Shown here: in pieces, positions 48,465 to 58,620 of the stretch
Position numbering within the stretch: the stretch's first letter is position 1
How the letters are laid out: each line of letters opens with the position of its first letter
NCBI RefSeq assembly: GCF_032191835.1
Contig: NC_083237.1
Coordinates: 66,278,001-66,342,000 of the forward strand
Origin: Heteronotia binoei
Taxonomy: Eukaryota
Length of the DNA: 64,000 nt
Direction: 5' to 3'
The notes under the pieces: generated by a model
The model's input: only the letters and a program-made list of their open reading frames with translations
The model's database searches: none
What the model was told of the DNA's origin: nothing
Position numbers and translations under genes: made by a program

Positions 48465-51400
48465 ATGTCGTTCCTGTGCCAGCGGGACAGCTGGGCCCGG
48501 GAGGTGAGCAGGGCGCCGCCAGGTGTCTGCAAAGACTGCCCGGGTGGGGGAGGCAGCAGCAGAAGAATGTAGGGTTGCCAATCCCCGGGTGGGGGCAGGG
48601 GATCTCCCGGTTTGGAGGCCCTTCCGGTCATCAGAAAGCGGGGGAAGGAAATGTCTGCTGGGCACTCCATGATTCCCATAGGAAATGATGGGGAATTGAT
48701 CCACGGGTATCTGGGGCTCTAGGGCACCAAATTTTCAGCATAGCCTCCAGTGCCTCTCCCCAAAATAACCTCCAAGTTTCAAAAGGATTGGACCGGGGGT
48801 CCAAGTCCATGAGCCCCCAAAGAAGGTGCCCCTGTCCTTCATTATTCCAATAGAGAGAAGGCAGTTAAAAGGTGTGCGGTCCCTTTAAATGTGATGGCCA
48901 GAACTCCCTTCCTTGTCGCAACCTTGCTCCTGGATCCACCTCCCCCCATGTCTCTTGACTCCACCCCCAAAATCTCCTGGCTGCACCCCCAAAGTCCCCA
49001 GATATTTCTTGAATTGGACTTGGCAACCCTAAGAAAAAGTTGCCCCCCCCCCCCGCCGCCAAGGGTTCAGCTTGCTAGGGAGGAGACTCGGTATCATCCT
49101 CCCCACAGGGTTGCCAGGATGATGTTGGAGAATCTCTGGAGACTTTGGGGGTGGAGCCAAGAGAGAGTGGGGTTTGGGGAGAAGAAGAATTGCAGATTTA
49201 TACCCCACCCACCCTTCTCTCTGAATCAGAGTCTCAGAGCGGCTTACAATCTTCTTTACTTTCCTCCCCCACGACAGACACCCTGTGAGGTGGGTGGGGC
49301 TGAGAGGGCTCTCACAGCAGCTGCCCTTTCAAGGACAACCTCTGCCAGAGCTATGGCTGACCCAAGGCCAATCCCAGCAGGTGCAAGTGGAAGAGTGGGG
49401 AATCAAACCCGGTTCTCCCAGATAAGAGTCCATGCACTTAACCACTATACCAAACTGGCTCTCTTGTGGTGGCGCTGAGAGAGCTCTTACAGCAGCTGCC
49501 CTTTCAAGGACAACCTCTGCCAGAGCTATGGCTGACCCAAGGCCATTCCAGCAGGTGCAAGTGGAGGAGTGGGGAATCAAACCCGGTTCTTCCAGATTAG
49601 AGTCCACGCACTTAACCACTATACCAAACTTGAGGGGAGGGACCTCAGCATGGGACAATGCCCGAGAACCCACCCTCCAAAGCGGCCCTTTTCTCCAGGG
49701 GAGCTCATCTCTGCCAGCTGGAGGTCAGTGGTAAAAGCGAGAGCTCTCCAGGCCCCAAGGAGTTCCTGTGTGGACTGTTCCTTCCCCTTTGTATGGATTC
49801 TAACTCCCAGGTGGGATCTGAAGACCTTGCAGAGTTAAAACTGGCCTCCAGGCAATATAAATCTTTCCCCGTAAAGGCAGTGGCTGCTTTTTGGCATTGT
49901 GCCCTACTGAAAAGTCCTTCCCCAGGCTTCACCCCACAATCTCCAGGAACTTCTCAGCCTGGAGTTGGCAGCCCTCTTTGTCTTCACAACAACCCTGTGA
50001 GGTAGCTGGGGCTGCTGCTCAGGGAGCTTCATGAGGAATTGAACCCACATCCTAGTCCAGCACTACCTAGTTCTTCACCAGTAAGCACGTGCCAGGCTTT
50101 GCAGCCTCTTCCGGGTGAACTGTTCCTAAGTTCTGCTCTCTGCCTTCTTGGGTGTTAGTTATTATCCTGCTCCATTCACATGTCCTTTCTTCGTCCCCAG
50201 TTCACAACCCGGGTGGTCTCCTGCTGCCCTGCCCAGTTACCAGCCAAAAACAGTGGAAAGAAGGAGACTCTGCAAGGATTCCATGTCATCTTGGAAGACA
50301 CCATTCTGTTCCCAGAGGGTGGAGGGCAGGTACTCGCAGTCACTCTTGGGGCAGTGTCACATTCTGTCTCTTTTGATTTGTCACTTTGGATTTAATGTTG
50401 AAGCTTTCCTTTGGGCCAACCCATTGGGAAAGCTGTGCTGTTTTTATCTGTGCTCTTAAAGTCACACGCTGTGACTATAAAACCTTTATTTTACTTATTC
50501 ATGTGCAATAAAAATGGGTAACATGTTTTAAGGGTTCCGGCATGGCAGTTTAAAATCTTCTGGGAAAGAATCTGTTGCCTACAGTGAACATTATGTTTTA
50601 CTTAAAGCTACACTGAAAGTTTTGAAGTGACTTGTAGAATTCTTATTTGCATGTTTCAGAGATAACATAGTTTGATTTGTTGGGGTGGTGGGGGAATAGA
50701 AAGGATAGTATTTGCAAAAAAAAGTATTGTGCCTCAGACCCTTTGAGGAGAAACAAGTGAGGTGAAGCTGGGCTGCATTTTCCCAAAGCAAGCCCAGTGA
50801 CTTCCCTTCTCTCTGCTAGCCTGATGACCAGGGGGTCATAAATGGCATCCCCGTGCTCAGAGTCACCCGACGAGGCTCAGATGCTCTGCACTTTGTCCAG
50901 ACCCCCATTGAACCAGGCACTGAGGTGCAGCTAGTGCTGGACTGGGACCGACGGTTTGACCACATGCAGCAGCATTCAGGTGAGAAGGCGATAGAATTGG
51001 GATGGGTACTATAAGAACAGGACAGAAAGAGGTGAGCAAATGAAGCTACTGTCATGGTGAGGGGTCTAGAGACCAAGTCCTACGAGGAAAGATTGAAGGA
51101 GCTGGATATGTTTAGTGTGGAGAGGAGAGGACCGAGATGTCATCTTCTCTCACCATCTTCAAGTCCTTGAAGGGCTGTCAGACAGAGGATGGTGCAGAGT
51201 TGTTTTCTGTTACTCCAGAAGGTCAGACCAGAACCAGCGGGTTGAAGTTACATCAGAAGAGTTTTATAAATTAACAGTTTATTAGTTTTAAGTCATGAAT
51301 CAGTACAGTTATAAGCAAACATATAAGGATCTACAATTCATAAATAACAGTAAAAAATACAGTGCACATGTAAGAAAGGTATGTCAGTACAGACAAGCTA

Positions 51401-54400
51401 GCATTACGAACAGTTTACCATAGGTTTGAATCATTTATGAGTTTGGGGATTTCTTGTTGACCGGTTAGATAATCTAATATAGGAAACCTTATGGTAACAA
51501 AATTGGAAGTAGTGTCACAGATTTAAGGTTATCTGTCAATTTTGTCATCATGTAAAACTCCCAAATTTTTTTTTGCCACTGTGAAACAGAAGGGGGAGTT
51601 GTATTTTTCCAGTTCCTAGCAATGTATGTTTTCGGAAATGATAGTAATAAGACTCTTTCAATAGTTACAGAAGCATATTTATGAGAGACCCAACCATTTA
51701 AGAAAAGATGTTCTTGGGTTGTCGGAATATCAAAATGTGTAATTAAGTTAATTTGCGTAAGAACTGAGGTCCAGAATTGTTTTACACTTGGCCACTCTAA
51801 TATAATCTCCAATCTGTCCACATTTTTTCCAACACATAGGTGAGGAAGAGCATTTCACACATGCTAATCAAAAGAGTTTTTGGCTCAACATTAGGAAGAA
51901 CTTCCTGACCGTTAGAGCGGTTCCTCAGTGGAAAAGGCTTCCTCGGGAGGTGGGGGGCTCTCCTTCCTTGCAGGTTTTCAAACAGAGGCTGAATGGCCAT
52001 CTGACAGCAATGCTCATTCTGTGAACTTGGGCAGATCATGAGAGGGAGGGCAGAAAGGGTTGCATCAGTGCTTAGTTCTTGTGGCCCCTTCTTCCATACC
52101 CAGGAAACATTGTTTACTGCTTTTTACTAATTTGGCCAGGGATCCTAGAGAGGTTCCCCCCCCCCCCCTTTTGCCATCTTCTGGGCTTGGAAGTGAGTGT
52201 GTGTGTAGGTGGGAGGTATTGGTGAAATTCCTGCATTGTGCAGGGGGCTGAACTAGATGACTCTGGAGGGCCCTTCTAACTCTATGATTCTAAGTTCTTT
52301 CTTACAGGACAACACCTTATCACAGCTGTTGCAGAACAGATGTTTGGTTTCAAGACAACGTCATGGTAAGCACGACAAAGCTCTTCCTTAGATCGAAATG
52401 AGTAGCTATGTTAGTCTGTCTGTAGCACTAGAAAAGAACAAGAGACCCAATAGCATCTTAAAGACTAACAAAATTTGGGGCAGAGTGTGAGCTTTCATGA
52501 GTCAGTGCTCATTTCTTCAGATACAAATTTTGGTTCAGGTGGTAGCCATGTTGGTCTGAAGCAGCAGTTTTAGTCTTCAAATCTGAAGAAGTGTGCTCGC
52601 ATGTGAAATCTTATACTTTGAACAAAACTTTGTTTTAAAGATGCTTCACTGGACTCAAAACTTTGTTCAGATACAAGTTTCGTTAGTCTTTAAGATGCTA
52701 CTGGACTCTTGGTCTTTTCTAAAGCTCTTCCTAATTGCTTCTCCCCTAGCAGGGCTGGCTCAAGACACTTTGTCACCCCCATTCCAGGGCCCACATGGCC
52801 ATTTGTCAGGTCCAAACCCCTGTAGAGAACTGTCTCTCCCTATATGTCCCCATGCACCATCTGCAGTACTCAGGCTGGCCCTAAGCTTAGACTAGCCTGC
52901 ATGGGATTGGCCAGAGCCTGTGCCTTTTCCCTTCCCACCCTGAGGAGATGAGGGGATGTGCCATATGGTGGTGTGGATGTAAAGTTGCTGTTGCACTGAA
53001 AGGCGCAAAGGGTGCAGGCATTTGGGTGTGGGCGGGAGGGGGATTGTTTGGGGCCATGTTGTGTTTTTTATGTCTTATTTTTGTACTTTTAAGTTGCGTT
53101 GAGCTGTGGGGAAAGATAGAGTGTAAACATTTTAATAATAAAAAAAAAGAAAGCCAAGATATTGGAGCCACGTGCATCCAACATGGTCTGCTCTTACTGA
53201 GAAATGTCTTTCCTGGCATTTGACATCCTTTAACATAAGGAATTGAATGTTGACCTACCAGCACAAAGTGCTCTTGAGTGGTGCTTATAGCCGAGAGAGA
53301 GATAAACGGTTCCTTTCCCAGAAATTCTGTTGAGGAAGTTACTTTCATTATTCGCTTCATCGCTTTCCCTATTAACCTTTGACAATATCTTAATCCTTCA
53401 GCATCTGTTCTGTGGACTAAAGATTGTGAATTACTAAATCTTGTTTTCATTTGTGATCGAAGGTCAGAAACAAACCATAACATAGCCTGGAGTCTGGCAA
53501 GGTCTGCTAGTGCTTTGAACATATGAACACATGAAGCTGCCTAATACTGAATCAGACCCCCGGTCCATCAAAGTCAGTCTTGTCTACTCAGACTCGTAGT
53601 GGCTCTCCAGGGTCTCAAGCTGAGGTTTTTCACACCTATTTGCCTGGACCCTTTTTTAGTGGAGATGCCAGGGATTGAACCTGGGACCTTCTGCTTCCCA
53701 AGCAGATGCTCTACCACTGAGCCACCGTCCCTCCCCAACATATATGAACATATGAAGCTGCCTTATACTGAATCAGACCTTTGGTCCATTAAAGCCAGTC
53801 TTGTCTACTCAGACTGGCAGCGGCTCTCCAGGGTCTCAAGCTGAGGTTTTTCACACCTACTTGCCTGGACCCTTTTTTGGGAGATGCCGGGGATTGAACC
53901 TAGGACCTTCTGCTTACCAAGCAGATGCTCTACCCCTGAGCCACAGCCCCATTCATGGCTCTCCAGGGTCTCAAGCTGAGGTTTTTCACGCCTATTTGCC
54001 TGGACCCTTTTTTGGAGATGCTGGGGATTGAACCTGGGACCTTCTGCTTCCCAAGCAGATGCTCTACCACTGAGCCACAGCCCCATTCATGGCTCTCCAG
54101 GGTCTCAAGCTGAGGTTTTTCACACCTACTTGCCTGGACCCTTTTTTGGAGATGCCGGGGATTGAACCTAGGACCTTCTGCTTACCAAGCAGATGCTCTA
54201 CCCCTGAGCCACAGCCCCATTCATGGCTCTTCAGGGTCTCAAGCTGAGGTTTTTCACGCCTATTTGCCTGGACCCTTTTTTGGAGATGCCGGGGATTGAA
54301 CCTGGGACCTTCTGCTTCCCAAGCAGATGCTCTACCACTGAGCCACAGCCCCATTCATGGCTCTCCAGGGTCTCAAGCTGATGTTTTTCACACCTATTTG

Positions 54401-57400
54401 CCTGGACCCTTTTTTGGAGATGCTGGGGATTGAACCTGGGACCTTCTGCTTCCCAAGCAGATGCTCTACCACTGAGCCACCGTCCCTCCCCTTTGCAGGA
54501 CATTCATTTCCTGTGCCTCGAGGAGTAGGCCTGCTGAGGACGGGACAATCTGAGGGGTGTCTTTCTGCCCTTGCTGACCTGTGCCGCCCCGTCTTCTCTG
54601 CAGGGAGCTGGGTCGTCAGCAGAGCACCGTGGAACTGGAAACCCGCTCTGTGACAGCAGATCAGGTGGCAGCCCTGGAGGAGACTGTGAACAACAAGATC
54701 CGAGCCCGAATCCCTGTGGTGGTGCACCACTTGGCAGAAGGCGAAGCTGAAGGGGATGGGGTGAGCGAGGGTCCAGGCCAAGGTGGAGAAGGAAGGTGCT
54801 GCCCCGGGTCATCTCTAACCTGGCATTGTCTTACAGGTGAGGAGCCGCGGCTTGCCAGACGATCACACTGGCCCTGTGAGGATAGTAAGCATTGAAGGGG
54901 TGGATGCAAACATGTGCTGTGGTACACATGTCTCCAACCTCAGTGACCTGCAGGTGAGACACAAGATAGAGGCCTCAGTTAACTACATCCCTTCAGACCG
55001 TCCTGTTTGTGAAGGCAGCTTTTTGCACCGTTCTGACCAGTGTATTCCCCTAAGAAGAGATGGGATGAGACACATTTCCTTTCCCTGCCCACTCGCATCT
55101 CCTTCTCAGAGTAGGTGTGTCTCTGTTTCAAAGGTTATTAAACTCCTGGGCACTGAAAAGGGGAAAAAGAACAAGACCAACCTGGTTTTCCTTGCTGGAA
55201 ACAGAGTGCTGAAGTCTCTGGCGCAGAGTCATGCCACCGAAAAGGCCCTCACGTCACTGCTTAAGCAAGTATCCAGCCTTTTCTCTCCCACATAACAGCC
55301 TCTCCCCCAGTAAACTAATCAGTGACTGTAGTGTTGGTGGTTGGATTTTTGTCTTTAAGACAGGGTAGTAGTGAGATTTATAGGAAGGCTGTTTCATGCT
55401 TATATAAATTAGACTTTCCCTCCAGTATCTCTTGTGGGAGAAGAGGGATAGCGTGCATTTCCCAGCAGTTACAACTGAATACAAAGATGGCAGTTCAGTT
55501 GTAGCTGTTACCCTCTCCATCCTGCACCGCCCTTTTCACTTTCTGCTGTCCTCCCCCCGCCCTGCATTCCATCAGCCAGGCACCCTGACCCTCCCTCAGA
55601 GATCCTGCTTTGTCTTTGTCATTTCAGATGCGGCTCCGAGGAGCACGTAGAAGCTGTGAAGAGGCTACAAAACTCTCTGAAGCAACTGCACAAGGTACCT
55701 GCAAGTAGCCCTTCAGTAAGACCAGTCAAGAGCTTGGCTTCCCCACGGCGGCCCGGGTATTCATACTAGGCCTTAGCCGATGGAAGGAGGAGGATCGCTG
55801 GTGACTGGAATCGGACTGTCAACAGGCCGCTTGGAAGAGCCCAGTGGTCGGCCAAGGCAGGACAGAAGGGGCCCAGTGGAGGGAGCTCCCCTCCAAGCAG
55901 CAGAGTAGGCCTGGTTTGCTGCCTTTAATAACAGGAGAGATATGACTTGGCCTGCAAATAATTTTTTTTTAAAGAGTCATGTGCTTTCAAACCATGAGAA
56001 GTCCAGCTGGTGAGCCAGATGGAGCTAGGGATGTCCTGAAAAATAGCAGCAAGGGAGAAGGGCCCCCGTCAGCACTCTGGCTTTTCCAGCTGGCTCAGAC
56101 CTCTGCAGCCCAGAGGCCCCTGGAGGTTGTGCCCTCCAGACTCTGGACAAGAGGCGAGGCCATATTGCAACCTCTTACAATGTCCTGGAGCTGGTCTGGT
56201 GGATCTTCTGAAAACCCAACTTCAGCTTTGGTCTTGCTAGGGATTTCATGCCACTTCCCTTGCCTCTTGAATTCAGCCTGGTGACATTGGCATCATGTCG
56301 TTTCTTTCCCTTTTAGAACAATTTGAACCTACAGAGAGATTTAGCTGTCTTAATTGCTCAGCAATTCAAAAGCAACCCAGCTCGGGAACCCGTGTTTATG
56401 TTACACAGGTAAGGATGAAGACAGCTCAGTGTGGGCTTTGCATGTGATGGAAACGGAAGACTTGGATTTCATATCCGCACAAGCCAAAGGCAGGGAAATT
56501 CTGCATACCAGGAAACATTTGGCTCAAAACATGACATTGACAAGAAGAGGATCCACAAGGACCTGGGTGGGGGAGTAGAAACCCTGTTTGTCCTCTCCCT
56601 CCCCATGTTACCCCTCACTGCCCCCCGCTTTCTACTATGGCACCGAAAGTGTGTGTGTGTGCTCTCACAGTTGTGCAGGCGTTCTGCAAACCTGTGTTTC
56701 CTAAGGTGTTAGCAGGAAAGTGAAAGATGTGTTATCTTTTTACTTTTTAAAAATCTGTGTAAGATTTGAAAGAGAATACACCTCTTAATTATCCTTATAT
56801 CAGTCCTGTTATGGCTGTTTTTTTTCATGTGGAGCTGATGGATCCCCTGGAGGGGGCTTTCATACTTTAGAGGTGCAGCTTTGGGTTCATGCTTGCTAAA
56901 TTTGTTGTGGGGGGAATTGCAGTCTGGTTTTGGAACGTTTTGTCCCTCTCTGTAGGAAAGATGGTGATTCTGAGTTCATGAACATGGTGGCGAATGAGAT
57001 TGGCACAGAGGTGAGTCTCCCATTCACAGCTGACGTGCTCAGAGTTGGGGGCTTCCTGGAGCTCCCAACTGGTCACCCAGTGATTTCAAGACCATCCTGG
57101 CTATTGAACTTTACTGAGGTTTTAAAACATACAATACATAAATTATAGTGAAATTAAAAGGCATCAGAAGCAATATTTGAAGGCTTAGCACAAAAATAAA
57201 AAAAATCCTTATAAATCTTGCAAAGGATAAGGGAAGGGCATATAATGTGATTAAGTGAGAAGATGAGGGCAAAAGTTAACAATTTTGTGGTGGAAATATT
57301 CTACCAACTCAGTTTAGCAAGTAGCAGTTAAACTAAAGAGGGTATAGCAGTAGAGTCTTTCACTTGAACTTGCAGTCTTGAAACTTGGTCCTTTTAACAG

Positions 57401-57853
57401 GAAACCCTCCTATTCCTCTCGGTGGGAGACGAAAAGGCAGCTGGCCTTTTTCTGCTTGCAGGGCCTATCGAGGCTGTGGAGAAACTGGGGCCCAGGTGAG
57501 ACACCAGTCAGAGACATGAAGTGGATGTTTGGTAGGAGGGATAATCTGGGGTGGGGGGGTGGGGGGCATCCTTAGAATGTTCTTACACTGACTTGAGAGC
57601 ATCTGTCTGGCACTTCCAAGACTTGGAACCTTGGTGGAATCTTGCCGAGCGGAGCTGCAGAGTGGAAAAACGAGCCCTGCAGAGCTCACCAACCTCTCCT
57701 CTTGTTTTTCCCATAAGGGTGGCAGAACTTCTGAAGGGGAAAGGAGCCGGGAAACATGGCCGCTATCAGGGCAAAGCCACGTGCATGAATCAGCGGGAAG
57801 CAGTACACGCTCTCATCCGGGAGTTCATTAACCATGGCAGCTCAGAGCGGTGA
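48465..57853 (+). CDS. AARSD1: Alanyl-tRNA editing protein AlaXp
   Basis: Exons 48465-48503, 50201-50329, 50820-50979, 52308-52365, 54604-54760, 54837-54953, 55134-55264, 55628-55694, 56317-56408, 56956-57010, 57401-57495, 57718-57853. Total 1236 nt = 411 aa + stop. Zn-binding motifs HxxxH (QHSGQH) and CxxxH (CCGTH) are intact. Intron 7 is GC-AG. Confidence 0.97.
48570..49031. mobile_element. ~500-bp TAGGGTTGCCAA MITE
   Basis: 12-bp TIRs; homologous to the other copies. A related partial end follows at ~49107-49180. Confidence 0.87.
49181..49630 (-). mobile_element. Squam3-like SINE with duplicated 5' half
   Basis: Full copy at 49181-49462 plus a second head/body at 49475-49630. Confidence 0.85.
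51035..52292 (+). mobile_element. CR1 3' fragment interrupted by an antisense L1-like fragment (~51263-51868)
   Basis: CR1 text resumes at ttggctcaacattaggaagaacttcc. The insert encodes L1-like FPKTYIARNWK..WQKKIWEFYMMTKLT on minus. Confidence 0.75.
52398..52720. mobile_element. two Penelope-like terminal repeats in inverted arrangement
   Basis: Minus copy at ~52398-52530 and plus copy at ~52545-52720; both carry CTGAAGA..GAAA cores. Confidence 0.68.
52485..52524 (-). ncRNA. candidate minimal type I hammerhead ribozyme
   Basis: Minus strand gtat-CTGAAGA-a-ATGAG-cactga-CTCAT-GAAA-GCTC-acac: intact core, 5-bp stem II, palindromic AGCT stem III, 3/4-paired stem I. Confidence 0.55.
53517..54490 (-). 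repeat. Squam2-like SINE followed by a second copy with five tandem heads (134-bp period)
   Basis: GAGATG anchor at 53881, 54015, 54149, 54283, 54417; the variants alternate. Confidence 0.93.
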
Positions 57854-57884
57854 ACTTCCCCCTAAACTTTCCCCCTATTAAAAC

Positions 57885-57890
57885 AATAAA
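57885..57890 (+). terminator. AARSD1 polyadenylation signal
   Basis: AATAAA 32 nt after the stop, preceded by ATTAAA at ~57877. Confidence 0.75.
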
Positions 57891-58620
57891 ATGGCTTCTC
57901 TTGTCTGTGTGCTCTGTGGATGTTATTGCCCTCAAGAAAAATAGACAAAGGCCTGATTTAGTAGAAAGGCCTGTGGGGTGGCAGTCCTCTGCACAGGTGA
58001 GGGAGGATGGGGAACAAGTCATGTGCTGGAAACAACTTCCCTCTAATTCAAGAGGTGACTTGGAAAGAGGGCGCTGTCAGCATGCAGAGGCACCTTCTTC
58101 CTTTCCAGGGCTGGGTTCTCGATCAAAGCCGGCATTCTACAGGTGTGCCTTACTTCTCTCTTTCTGGTCACCTCAGTTGTGCCTCTGCAAATTCCCGTTT
58201 AGGGTGGGAGCTTAAAGACCTCTTAACAGTGGGTTGTCGTTCCATTGCCAATCATCACAATGCAGTCAAAGCACCATGGCATGTGAAATGTGCTGCAACC
58301 CAGCTGGGATGCATACAGCAGAAAACAAACACTTAAAAGATTGAGAAAAATGTCCTTTTGTGGGGCAGCTACAGCCACATTTAACGTGGGGACAGGGAAG
58401 CAGTCAAGCAGTCCAAACTGGACCCGATGTAGGCTCTGTGTCATCTGGGATCCTGTTCCCTGCAGTAATTAGCAGATGCTTCTAGAAGCGCCACAAGCAA
58501 GGCAGGAAGAGAGAAGGCCCTCGATAGCATGTGGTAACAGGAGGAGGAGAGACAACCTTCCAGGCATCGTTCTATCCCTTGCCTGGGCTGGGGCTGCTCC
58601 ACTCCCAAGTCTTCTGTTCC

